DNA of 64,000 nucleotides, from the NCBI GenBank assembly GCA_934378145.1, contig CAKXXW010000004.1, forward strand, positions 14,658 to 78,657, in the 5' to 3' direction. The notes beneath the pieces are model-generated. The model was not told the origin of the DNA and did not search any database. It saw nothing but the letters and a program-made list of their open reading frames with translations. Positions 18,613 through 27,913 of this stretch are shown piece after piece (the stretch's first letter is position 1; every line of letters begins with the position of its first letter). Origin of the DNA: an uncultured Eubacteriales bacterium. GTDB taxonomy: Bacteria; Bacillota; Clostridia; Oscillospirales; CAG-272. The position numbers were made by a program, and so were the translations under genes.

Positions 18613-19218
18613 ATGGAAGAAAAAAACAACATTTCCACAGAGGATCTTGAGCAGACACAGGAGGTTCCCAAAGAAACACAGGATGAAAAGGATGAGCTGA
18701 TTTCAAGGTTGGATGCTGTTCGGCAGTCGCTTGCCGATCTGCAGCAGAAATTCGATGACAAGATCGCCGAGGATGAGTACAAGAACGGTCTTTTCGATAA
18801 TATGCACCGTGAATTGGTCCTTTATCAGAACGGGGCATTGGATAAGGTCGTTGATACTGTTGCGCTTGATATTATCCAGCTCGTTGACACCACGAAGGGT
18901 CATGTCCGTGTTTACGAGGATAAGGAGCCTACCGGAGAAAATTACGGGAAACTCCTCAGGATCGTCAAGGGCATTGCGGAAGATCTTGAAGATATTCTTT
19001 ACCGTCAGAATATCGAATCATACAATGTTCCGGGCGATGAAGTGGATGTCCGTCGTCAGAAGATCATTCAGACCGTTCCTACGGATGACAAATCCAATGA
19101 CAACCTCGTGGCGCTTCGTGTCGCCGACGGATATGAAAAGGGCGATAAGGTCCTCAGACCCGAGAGGATCAAGATCTTCAAATATGAAGCCGCGCCCGAA
19201 ACATCTTCAGAAAGTTGA
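18613..19218 (+). CDS. GrpE-like nucleotide-exchange factor paralogue
   Basis: An acidic, coiled-coil N-terminus and a C-terminal beta-domain signature ...VADGYEKGDKVLRPERIKIFKY (compare GrpE GY..x..VLRPAxVxV). GGAGG lies 9 nt upstream of the start. Confidence 0.65.
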   Translation: MEEKNNISTEDLEQTQEVPKETQDEKDELISRLDAVRQSLADLQQKFDDKIAEDEYKNGLFDNMHRELVLYQNGALDKVVDTVALDIIQLVDTTKGHVRVYEDKEPTGENYGKLLRIVKGIAEDLEDILYRQNIESYNVPGDEVDVRRQKIIQTVPTDDKSNDNLVALRVADGYEKGDKVLRPERIKIFKYEAAPETSSES

Positions 19219-19249
19219 ATATAAAACATAGAGACGAAAGGAAAAAATC

Positions 19250-20926
19250 ATGGGAAAAGTATTTGGCATTGACCTTGGCACAACTTATTCGTGTATCGCA
19301 TACATCGACGATAACGGAAAACCTGTTGTACTGAAAAACGCTGAAGGAGATCTCACCACCCCTTCAGCAGTGTTCTTTGAGACATCTACCGATGTCACCG
19401 TCGGCTCTGCTGCAAAGGAAAGCGCGAAAATGTATCCGGAGCAGGTCGTGACTTTCATCAAGCGGAGTATAGGACAGCCCGGCTTCAGCCTGAATATCAA
19501 CGGTATTGATATGAAACCGGAAGAGATATCCTCATACATTCTTAAAAAAGTAGTTAAGGATGCGGAAGACTCTCTCCGTATGGAGGGCAAACTCGGCGAT
19601 GACGAGAATATCCGCGATGTCGTCATTACCTGCCCGGCATACTTCGGAGTTACCGAGAGGGATGCAACCAAGGCGGCGGGCGTTATTGCCGGTCTTAATG
19701 TTATGGCGATCATCAACGAGCCTACCGCTGCGGCTATCACATACGGTGTAACGGATGACAGCCTGGACAAGACCGTTCTTGTTTATGACCTTGGCGGCGG
19801 TACATTCGATATTACCATGATAAATATCAAGCCGGGAGAGATCCGTGTTATCTGTACCGGCGGCGACCATAACCTCGGAGGTAAGGATTGGGACGATCGT
19901 GTTCTTATGTATCTTGCGGAGCAGTATCAGTCCGAAACCGGAACCCCCGATAATATTCTTGAAGATGCGGAAACACTGCAGGAACTCAGCCTTGCCGCGG
20001 AGCGTGCAAAGAAGCTTTTGAGTGCAAAGGAAAAGGCTCCTGTTGCCGTGAACTATATGGGTGAGCGCGTTCGTGTTGAGCTGACCCGCGAAAAATTCGA
20101 TGAGCTTACCGAAGATCTCCTTACCCGTACAATTGACCTTACCCGTGAAATGTTCAGGGAATCCGAAAAGAAGGGCTTTACTCAGAACGATGTGAGCGAG
20201 ATCCTTCTTGTCGGCGGTTCCTCAAAGATGCCGCAGGTAATGAGTCGCGTCAAGAGCGAATTCGGTATCGAGACCAAGATGTTTGATCCGGATGAATCCG
20301 TTGCAAAGGGCGCAGCCATCTACGCAAACAAGATGAGCGAATTCAACATCGTTCTTGAAGAGATCGCAAAGCAGCAGGGCAAGAGCGTTGAGGAGGTCAA
20401 GGAACAGGTCGACAACGGTCAGATGGACCTTCAGAAGGAAGCCAAAAAGGCGAATATCCAGATGCGCGGCGGACGCCTCCCGGGGGAGGATGTCAAGATC
20501 ATCAATGTATCAAGCCGCAGCTTCGGTACCTGCGCTTATGATGCAAACGATCAGCTCAAACTGTTCAATATTATTATCAAGAACGCCGAGCTGCCTGCGA
20601 CGGGAACAAACTCTTTCTATCCTCGTCAGAATAATCAACAGCTGGTCCGGTTCCAGATCATGGAGAGCCTTGCTTCCGATGAGATAGTAGATCCCGAACT
20701 CGGCAAGGAAATAGGAACAGCGGAACTGACCCTTCCTGCGGGTGTTACTGTTGACACCGAAATCAGGGTCACTTTCCGCTTGGATGAATCGGGACTGCTC
20801 CATCTCAATGCCAAGGAGCTTAAGGGCGGTCGTGAGGTAGATGCCGAATTCCAGACGACCGAGGCACTTTCCGAGAAGGAAATGAGCGATGCCATTCGCC
20901 GAAGCAACAATTCAAGTGTCAACTGA
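19250..20926 (+). CDS. short Hsp70-family ATPase (558 aa; not the housekeeping DnaK)
   Basis: GIDLGTTYSCIAY, IINEPTAAAITYG, VYDLGGGTFDITMI and LLVGGSSKMPQV. A beta-sandwich substrate-binding domain is present. The helical lid is short, and there is an extra charged insert before the interdomain linker. Confidence 0.9.
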   Translation: MGKVFGIDLGTTYSCIAYIDDNGKPVVLKNAEGDLTTPSAVFFETSTDVTVGSAAKESAKMYPEQVVTFIKRSIGQPGFSLNINGIDMKPEEISSYILKKVVKDAEDSLRMEGKLGDDENIRDVVITCPAYFGVTERDATKAAGVIAGLNVMAIINEPTAAAITYGVTDDSLDKTVLVYDLGGGTFDITMINIKPGEIRVICTGGDHNLGGKDWDDRVLMYLAEQYQSETGTPDNILEDAETLQELSLAAERAKKLLSAKEKAPVAVNYMGERVRVELTREKFDELTEDLLTRTIDLTREMFRESEKKGFTQNDVSEILLVGGSSKMPQVMSRVKSEFGIETKMFDPDESVAKGAAIYANKMSEFNIVLEEIAKQQGKSVEEVKEQVDNGQMDLQKEAKKANIQMRGGRLPGEDVKIINVSSRSFGTCAYDANDQLKLFNIIIKNAELPATGTNSFYPRQNNQQLVRFQIMESLASDEIVDPELGKEIGTAELTLPAGVTVDTEIRVTFRLDESGLLHLNAKELKGGREVDAEFQTTEALSEKEMSDAIRRSNNSSVN

Positions 20927-20968
20927 TAAGAATGACATTTGGCTTATGCGAGGAAAGACGGTATTTTA

Positions 20969-23917
20969 ATGGAAAATTATTTTATACTTTTGGAGCTTCC
21001 GTTTGACCCGCCGGAGGGAGATACCCAAAAGATCAACGAGGCTATTTCAAAAAAACAGGCACAGTGGTCTCGGGATCAGTCAAATCCGGTAAAGAAGACC
21101 AAAGCAAGTGAGTATTTGGCGGAGCTTGAAAAGATCAGAAAGGTAATGCTTGATCCGGCAGCCCGCAGGCAGGAAGCCGAAAAAGCAAAGCAAATAAAAG
21201 ACAGTAAGGCGAAAGAGCTTGAAGCAAAGCTCATGCTGTATCATTCCAAGGGTGACGATCTGTCCGAAGAAGATCTGAAGAAGCTTGCTAAGGTATTCGG
21301 GGCATTCGGGTTTTCCGCTGATGAGATAAAACAGAAATTCAACAGCGAGCGGAAGACCCGGGAGAAGATAAACCCGTCAGAGGTCCTTGACAAGACTCAG
21401 GCGCGGAATGTCCGGAATTTTATGCAACAGCTTGACATGAGGGATCAGACCCTGTATGACTTCCTGTGCCTTGATCCGGCAGCTTCATGCACTCAGCTTT
21501 GCGCAGCAGCCGATTCCATGAAGAAAAAGATACTTGCAAAAGGCGATAAAACCGGTCATGATAACGCGGTTCAGGCATTGTGCGGTCTTTGCATTGTAAT
21601 TTTCAAGGATGCGGCAAGCAAGAAAAAATATGACAACTATGTAAACCTTACAAAATACAGATTGGTCAATGAAGCTGTTGATGAGCTTGCGCTGGGTAAT
21701 CAGAAGCGCATCGATCCGAAAATGAAAGAAGGGCTGATCGATACGGCTGTCCGGCAGTATCACATCAGCGTTTCGGATGCTTCGGTTTATATCAATTATT
21801 ACTGCGAATACATGGGCTATGCCCTGCCCGAGAATAAGATCGTATGCGGTCTGTGCGGCGCGGAAAACCCAGCCGGTACCACAAGCTGCATAAAATGCGG
21901 AAAACCGCTCGTTATCCAGTGCCCCGCCTGTTCTGCTCAAAACAATAATTCAGCCAAGGTCTGTGCAAAGTGCGGATTTGACCTTACAAAGATGGATAAG
22001 GCTGTTGAGCTTTTACGGCAGGCAAAGCAAAAGTTCGCGGAAAAATCATACGAAGAAGCCGAAAGGCTTGTTAAGGAAGCCGAGGCGTACTGGCCTAACC
22101 ACGCCGATGCACTCAGTCTTGAAAAATCGATCCATGATGAGCGTAAGCAAGCGGCAGAGATCGTTGCGGCTGTTATGAAAGATATTCAGGACAAGAATAT
22201 GTATGCTGCACAGACAAAAATCGACCAGGCGAGAGCAAAAGGCTTCAATGTCGATCCTTCCGTTGCCGATAAAGTCTCCGCAGTCCTGAAAGAGGTGGAG
22301 GATCGTCTCTCTGTGATGCGCAACGCTTCCGGCGACGAAGCGTTTACCATTGCGGTAAAGCTTACCGAGATCATTTCGGATTCGGATGAACTCAATCAGA
22401 GTCTCAAAAAATTCCCGCCCGATGAGGTCTCTTCTCTGAACAGCAAAAGAGTCGGCGACGAGGTCACATTGACATGGCAAAAGAGTCCGTCCATAGGAGA
22501 AGTATCCTATATCGTGGTACGCAAGGAAAACACTTATCCTAACGGCCCTTCCGACGGTGAGACGGTTTACAACGGCAAGGAGCTTGCCTATACCGACAGA
22601 AGTGTGCATAAGAATGCCGTTCTGTATTATTCGGTTTTTGCGGTCCGTGTCGGAGTTTATTCAAAAGCGACCCGACTTGATGAGGCGGTTGCCGTTGTTG
22701 AAAAGATCACGAATCCGAAAGCTGTCGGCGGGGACGAAATGGTCACACTGTCATGGGCAAAGGATCCGACGGTCACCGAGGTCAGGCTTTATAAATATTG
22801 CGGTTATGAAAGACCGCAGGATGACAGTCGGTATGAGCCGATTCCGTGTACACGGCTGGACGGGATCATTATCAACGGACTGACCAACGGTGCAAGCTAT
22901 TGGTTTGCCGTCAGCGCCGGTCATACACTCAACGGTAAAACATACTTCTCCGAAAAGACCTATCTGTCTGCCGTTCCGCAAAAACCCGCAAAGCCTTTGC
23001 AGAATTTTTCGGTCCGCCTTGTCGACGATGTCTTTCAGGCGAAGTGGATAAAGTCCGAATGGGATGTTATCTTGTTTTACGCAAAGCAGAAGCCCGAATA
23101 CGCCATCGGCACGATCTACGATCTGAGTGAGCTTTTGAGCAAGTATGAAAAGATCGACATCAATATGAAGAGCCTTACAGAGGCGGAGTTCAGACTGAAT
23201 TTTGTCGGTGAATGCTACATCGTTCCCGGTGTCATAAACGCCTCAAATGTGATCCTGAACACGGCTTCTTATATATCTGCCGTTCCCGGAGCAAAGGATG
23301 TATCCTTTGATATAAATTCCGCTGCGACGGAAATGTATGTAAACTTTACATGGCCCAAAGATATAGACAGATCTCTTCTCGTGTACAGAACGGATGAGTA
23401 CCCTACCGGGACAGATGATCCGCTGGCTCATAAGATAGAGTGCAGTAAGCGTCAGTACGAAGCAAACGAAGGTATTTTGATTTCCAAGCCGGCGCAGGGA
23501 ACCATGTATGCTGAGGTTTATACATACTTTGAAAATGACGGTCATCGTGTATATTCGGATGCCTGCCGTGTCCTTCTGAGTAATCAACCTCCAAGGGATG
23601 TACTCTATACATTCACTTACAAAAAGCCGGGGCTGTTCAGTAAGAAATGTACGCTGACTTTGGAACTGCAAACCGACGGAGATTGTGTATTCCCGGAATT
23701 TGTTATCATAAGTAAATACAAAAGCACTCCGTTGAATCGTGGCGACGGCAATGTTTTATGCAAGGTGAACGATAGTATCGAGATCAAGGGGCGGCAGTGC
23801 ATCATTGAGTTTAATATTTCACCGATTAAGCCCGACACCAGACTTAAGATGTTCTTCCTGAATGATAAGAACTATAAATCTTTCAAAATTGCCTGTAAAG
23901 CGGGAAATATCATATAA
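20969..23917 (+). CDS. large multidomain protein: two HPD-less J-like domains, a double zinc ribbon, a helical/TPR-like segment, and an array of FN3-like beta-sandwich repeats
   Basis: NYFILLEL...KINEAISKKQAQWSRDQSNP...YLAELEKIRKVMLDPAARR follows the J-domain helix pattern with SRD in place of HPD. A second copy is LYDFLCLDPAAS...KKYDNY. The zinc ribbon is CGLCG..CIKCG..CPAC..CAKCG. Repeated ...VTLTW/LSW...Y.V.A... modules follow. I prefer the ATG at 20969 over the TTG at 20939. Confidence 0.6.
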   Translation: MENYFILLELPFDPPEGDTQKINEAISKKQAQWSRDQSNPVKKTKASEYLAELEKIRKVMLDPAARRQEAEKAKQIKDSKAKELEAKLMLYHSKGDDLSEEDLKKLAKVFGAFGFSADEIKQKFNSERKTREKINPSEVLDKTQARNVRNFMQQLDMRDQTLYDFLCLDPAASCTQLCAAADSMKKKILAKGDKTGHDNAVQALCGLCIVIFKDAASKKKYDNYVNLTKYRLVNEAVDELALGNQKRIDPKMKEGLIDTAVRQYHISVSDASVYINYYCEYMGYALPENKIVCGLCGAENPAGTTSCIKCGKPLVIQCPACSAQNNNSAKVCAKCGFDLTKMDKAVELLRQAKQKFAEKSYEEAERLVKEAEAYWPNHADALSLEKSIHDERKQAAEIVAAVMKDIQDKNMYAAQTKIDQARAKGFNVDPSVADKVSAVLKEVEDRLSVMRNASGDEAFTIAVKLTEIISDSDELNQSLKKFPPDEVSSLNSKRVGDEVTLTWQKSPSIGEVSYIVVRKENTYPNGPSDGETVYNGKELAYTDRSVHKNAVLYYSVFAVRVGVYSKATRLDEAVAVVEKITNPKAVGGDEMVTLSWAKDPTVTEVRLYKYCGYERPQDDSRYEPIPCTRLDGIIINGLTNGASYWFAVSAGHTLNGKTYFSEKTYLSAVPQKPAKPLQNFSVRLVDDVFQAKWIKSEWDVILFYAKQKPEYAIGTIYDLSELLSKYEKIDINMKSLTEAEFRLNFVGECYIVPGVINASNVILNTASYISAVPGAKDVSFDINSAATEMYVNFTWPKDIDRSLLVYRTDEYPTGTDDPLAHKIECSKRQYEANEGILISKPAQGTMYAEVYTYFENDGHRVYSDACRVLLSNQPPRDVLYTFTYKKPGLFSKKCTLTLELQTDGDCVFPEFVIISKYKSTPLNRGDGNVLCKVNDSIEIKGRQCIIEFNISPIKPDTRLKMFFLNDKNYKSFKIACKAGNII

Positions 23918-23928
23918 GGAGACAAAAA

Positions 23929-25044
23929 ATGGCAGGAAAATTTCTGTGTCCACGATGCTTTGAATTACAAAGCCTCGATAAAATAGAGTACATTTGTTCA
24001 AATACAAGCACATCATCAAAATGTCAGCACGCGATCGACAGAACGCCTCAGCATCCGGCAAACCTGAAAAAACCGGTATGCGAGGAGTGCGGACAGCCCC
24101 TCGTGACCAAGGTGTGTCCCAAATGCGGCGGCGAACTTCCGCTGAACATAGGGACCGCAAAGAGCTATCCGATTGCAATTATCGGTGCAAAGGAAACCGG
24201 CAAGAGCAACTATGTTGCGGTTCTGATAAATCAGCTTAAGAATGAGGTCGGGCGTTCCTTCAACTGCGCTCTGATGGCTTGCGGGGACAAGACCCTGAAC
24301 CGTTACCGCACGGATTTTTACGATCCTCTGTATCGTCACCGTACCTGTGTACGCGGCTCGGATGCAGGTGATGTCGATCCGCTTATTTACTCTTTGATCT
24401 TTCAGAGAAAGGGCGGTTTGTTCAAGAAAGCCGTAAATGATGCCGTTTCCCTGACTTTCTTTGATACGGCGGGTGAAAACCTTAATTCGCTGGCTTCAAT
24501 GCAGACCTTTAACCGCTATCTTTATCATTCATCAGGCATCATTCTTCTGCTCGATCCCCTGCAGCTTCCTGCGGTAAGGGCAGAGCTTCAGGGAAAGATA
24601 CGCCTGCCCGAAGAGAATACCGACGTAAACACGATCCTCAACAGAACTATCGAGATCATCAGGACAGGATCCGGTTTGACGGATCTCAGTAAAAAGATCG
24701 ATATCCCGATCGCGATCTCTTTCACAAAGATCGATGCCGTTGACGAGCTTCTCGATCCCGCAAGCTGTCTGAAAAACGATTCGGCTCACATTCGTAAAGG
24801 CTTTTTTGACAAAGTTGATTTTGAGGATGCCAACAATGAAATGCAGAGCCTGGTTGAAAACTGGCTCGGTACCGAACTGTATCAAACGGTATCTACTCAG
24901 TTTTCAAATTTTGCATTCTTCGGTCTGAGCGCTTTGGGCAGTAATCCGGATATGGATAACAAGATCCCGAAGTTCCGCCCGTTCCGTGTCGCGGATCCGT
25001 TTCTGTGGATACTTTCACAGGAACAGATAATTCCGGTTAAATAA
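23929..25044 (+). CDS. zinc-ribbon-fused P-loop GTPase (soluble paralogue)
   Basis: The N-terminus has CPRC...C..C and CEEC...CPKC. G1 is GAKETGKS (24184-24207), G3 is DTAGE (D179-G182), and G4-like is TKID (T266-D269). AGGAG lies before the ATG. Confidence 0.7.
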   Translation: MAGKFLCPRCFELQSLDKIEYICSNTSTSSKCQHAIDRTPQHPANLKKPVCEECGQPLVTKVCPKCGGELPLNIGTAKSYPIAIIGAKETGKSNYVAVLINQLKNEVGRSFNCALMACGDKTLNRYRTDFYDPLYRHRTCVRGSDAGDVDPLIYSLIFQRKGGLFKKAVNDAVSLTFFDTAGENLNSLASMQTFNRYLYHSSGIILLLDPLQLPAVRAELQGKIRLPEENTDVNTILNRTIEIIRTGSGLTDLSKKIDIPIAISFTKIDAVDELLDPASCLKNDSAHIRKGFFDKVDFEDANNEMQSLVENWLGTELYQTVSTQFSNFAFFGLSALGSNPDMDNKIPKFRPFRVADPFLWILSQEQIIPVK

Positions 25045-25055
25045 GGGGGACCGTT

Positions 25056-27644
25056 ATGAAAGCATTGCAATACATATATACTTCCTGGAAGAACGGTGAC
25101 TCTACTGAAAAGGGCTATATGATATACTCTCGTTCCGAGGGTATTACGGATTCCGAGTGCAGTGCGATCAAGGATGCCATGCAGTATCTTGCCCCAAAGG
25201 GATTGACGCTCACGCCAACTCCGCAGGAGATCGAAGACATATTTCCGTATGCGTTTGCTTATTTTGTACTCCCGACGGGCAGGGGGTGTGTTGCTCAGTC
25301 AACCTATCTCGGGAAAGACTACTCCGGCAGATATGGGAACTATATCATTCACGCGTTGATCTTTGATATTGACGATCTGCCGTGCCGCCCCGCGGAGTTT
25401 TTTGCCGAACCGTACATAAAGACCGCGATGACTCAGGAAGAATTGGATGCCCCTTCTCCGGTACCGCCGTTGCCGCCGTTGTATATATCAGAGTATGCGT
25501 CGGTTATAAATGACGAACAATTAAATGAATTCCTTTTTGACAAGGAAGATGAATTTTCACAGCTTATTTCACTTGTTCTGGCGGCACAGGACGCCGGTGT
25601 TCCGTTTTATCTGAACGATTCCCGCGAGAACCTTGTGTTGTGGTCCGCCGCCGTTCAGAGAATACTTCCTTCTCGGTTGGCAAAGAAGTTCACATTCAAT
25701 ACCTATATCGGGAACCACGAATCAATGCGTTCTCCGAGAGCAAGGGAAGAGAACCTGAACTTTATGCTTATCGGGGTAAGACCTGATGCGAATTATTTCA
25801 ATTACGCAACCGAAAGCAACAGCAATTGCCAGATCGTGATGGACTTTGTCGGAGGATACATGACACAGGGAGTTCTTCCGGGCAGTTTTGCACGCGCTAT
25901 GGCGGCGAGTATGGCATTTGATTGTGAAGAGGTCGATGCTTTCGGTGAATTTGTCGACTCTACATCATTCGATGAGATCAGCGGTCATTTGCAGGATGCC
26001 TATCTGTATTATCACCTGCTGAAGCACGACGGGTTTGAATTCACCGAAAACGATCTGAAGGCGGTGCTTTCATTCGGTTCCGATTATTGCTCCGAAGCTG
26101 ATAATTCGGATATAGGGAGTAAACTGTTGGTCAAGGCCCAGGAGAATGAATGGACCCTTGATCCCGAACTGTTTGCGGTGTTCTGGAAGTTTATTTGCAG
26201 ATATTCGGGCTTTATGATATTCACACTGTATGAGCTGTTGACCGAAACGCTCTTTCAACATGCAGGTGAAGCCTCCGGACCCTGCATCGGACTTGAATCA
26301 TTGATAAATACCTTAAAGGAAGAGACTCCGGAGCAGTACAAGGGTTATCTTGATTACCTGAACTCCTCAAGCAGCGTAGAACACCTGCTCCTGTATCTGT
26401 CCGGACATAACAATCCGTTTACCAACAGCTTCTACATAAAATGGTTGCTTCGCAGCTATTCGTTCAGCGGCGGTATGTCAAACGGTCAGCCTATCTCAAA
26501 ACTTTTGCAGGTCTTGCTGAAGAATGTTACCCGCATAAATGGATGTGAAAAGCAGATGATGGAAATTCTTATTGCCACATCCGATAATCAGGTACTTTTC
26601 AAAAACATTTTCGGCATTTTTATGATCGCATTGCGTGAGTCGAAACAGCTTGATAGGTTTTGCGATGAGTATCTGGATGCAGCAGCTTCTCTGACGACCG
26701 GGCAACTTGATCGGTTTGAACAGTTGTTGCCTGAAGCGCCGGGATCCGAACCTGTCGCTACAAGGCTGTTCGCAAGGAAGATCGCAGCCTCAGATGATCC
26801 CGAAACCGAGTTCTGGCATTTCTACGGCAATCAGCGTTCCCGTATTTCCGAAAGCTCCGGAGTTTCCGCTGATCCCATGATACTTGCATGTGTCAATAAT
26901 GTTGAAGCCAAGAAACGCACGGAGGTTGCTGTTGACATCCTCCGAAAGATCGATCCGTCGCAGATCAATGATCGTGAAACTATCCGAACCCTGACTGATG
27001 CTGTTGAGGATTGCAGTGTGAAGGAACTTTCAAAAATGGAAGTATCCTTTTTGCAGAAGGTTTGTCAGATCCGAGCAAAGGTTGATAAAAACGGTCCGGA
27101 AAAGATCACCGCGGTCCTCGTCGGAGAAATGTTGGCTACAGATAATGCACAACGCAGACGCCCCGTAAAGCTGGCAGGTGAATTAGCAAAAACAAAAATC
27201 ACTTTGCAGCATTTGGATAAATCGGACTACGAGTCTTACCTCAAGAACTACTTCGGTGAGTATTTTGTATTGATAAAGACAAAAGAGGATATTCCGGCGC
27301 TGGTCAGGATCTTTTATCACGGTCAGTATTTTTCGAGTTTTGCGGATGATTATATGTCTGCGTTGAAAAAAGCGGAAAAAAGAGAGCCGGAAATCCGGGA
27401 TCGCATTCTCGGATGGACATGCACATATGTGGTTACTGCCGAAAGAAGTGATCCGGGTGCAGATGATATGTATAAACCGCTTGTCCGTTATTTGCGTTCG
27501 TTAAATGAAGATGAATTGTCGGGTGTTCGTAAATTCGTCACTAAGGATGTTCCGGCTGCCCGCTGCGACTATTTGTTCGACGAAGCCCGCCGCAAGGAAG
27601 GCATTTCGGAAAAGCTCGGCAACCTGTTTCATAAATTCAAATAG
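25056..27644 (+). CDS. large (862 aa) mostly helical protein with a GAP1-like (GTPase-associated protein) N-terminal domain
   Basis: The N-terminus LQYIYTSWKNGDSTEKGYMIYSRSEGI...GNYIIHALIF resembles my memory of GTPase-associated protein 1 N-domains. The rest has no motifs I recognise. The gene is flanked at 11-15 nt spacing by GTPase-system genes. Confidence 0.45.
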   Translation: MKALQYIYTSWKNGDSTEKGYMIYSRSEGITDSECSAIKDAMQYLAPKGLTLTPTPQEIEDIFPYAFAYFVLPTGRGCVAQSTYLGKDYSGRYGNYIIHALIFDIDDLPCRPAEFFAEPYIKTAMTQEELDAPSPVPPLPPLYISEYASVINDEQLNEFLFDKEDEFSQLISLVLAAQDAGVPFYLNDSRENLVLWSAAVQRILPSRLAKKFTFNTYIGNHESMRSPRAREENLNFMLIGVRPDANYFNYATESNSNCQIVMDFVGGYMTQGVLPGSFARAMAASMAFDCEEVDAFGEFVDSTSFDEISGHLQDAYLYYHLLKHDGFEFTENDLKAVLSFGSDYCSEADNSDIGSKLLVKAQENEWTLDPELFAVFWKFICRYSGFMIFTLYELLTETLFQHAGEASGPCIGLESLINTLKEETPEQYKGYLDYLNSSSSVEHLLLYLSGHNNPFTNSFYIKWLLRSYSFSGGMSNGQPISKLLQVLLKNVTRINGCEKQMMEILIATSDNQVLFKNIFGIFMIALRESKQLDRFCDEYLDAAASLTTGQLDRFEQLLPEAPGSEPVATRLFARKIAASDDPETEFWHFYGNQRSRISESSGVSADPMILACVNNVEAKKRTEVAVDILRKIDPSQINDRETIRTLTDAVEDCSVKELSKMEVSFLQKVCQIRAKVDKNGPEKITAVLVGEMLATDNAQRRRPVKLAGELAKTKITLQHLDKSDYESYLKNYFGEYFVLIKTKEDIPALVRIFYHGQYFSSFADDYMSALKKAEKREPEIRDRILGWTCTYVVTAERSDPGADDMYKPLVRYLRSLNEDELSGVRKFVTKDVPAARCDYLFDEARRKEGISEKLGNLFHKFK

Positions 27645-27659
27645 AAAGGAGATCATGTG

Positions 27660-27878
27660 ATGAACGAAAAGCGAAAATGTATGGTGGGGCATGATGATGA
27701 TCACGGCGGATGTTTCGGATGTCTGTTTACGGTTCTGATAGCAATTATCGTAATAATGATAATATGCGCAGTTGTTGTCTTCGGCGGTGTTTTTATCGGC
27801 GGCTTCCATTCGATCAAGAATTACATTCTTGCGTTCAAGCACAATGTTTTTGACAGCAACCTTGCTCCCGCAAAATGA
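27660..27878 (+). CDS. small membrane protein (72 aa)
   Basis: AAGGAG at 27646-27651 lies 8 nt before the ATG at 27660. The sequence HDDDHGGCFGC is followed by a hydrophobic stretch of about 35 residues (LFTVLIAIIVIMIICAVVVFGGVFIGGF). Confidence 0.5.
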   Translation: MNEKRKCMVGHDDDHGGCFGCLFTVLIAIIVIMIICAVVVFGGVFIGGFHSIKNYILAFKHNVFDSNLAPAK

Positions 27879-27913
27879 AGAATTAGCTCAATAAAAGAAA
27901 GGAGACTTTTGTT

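Noticed and set aside
18613-23917. Reading the grpE-like / Hsp70 / J-like trio as the housekeeping hrcA-grpE-dnaK-dnaJ heat-shock operon.
   Set aside because: There is no hrcA gene and no CIRCE-like inverted repeat (TTAGCACTC-N9-GAGTGCTAA) in 18532-18612. The Hsp70 is short (558 aa). The 'DnaJ' lacks HPD, the G/F region and the CxxCxGxG zinc-finger repeats and is 982 aa long. The genes also sit in lower-GC DNA next to an integrase and are translationally packed with GTPase genes.
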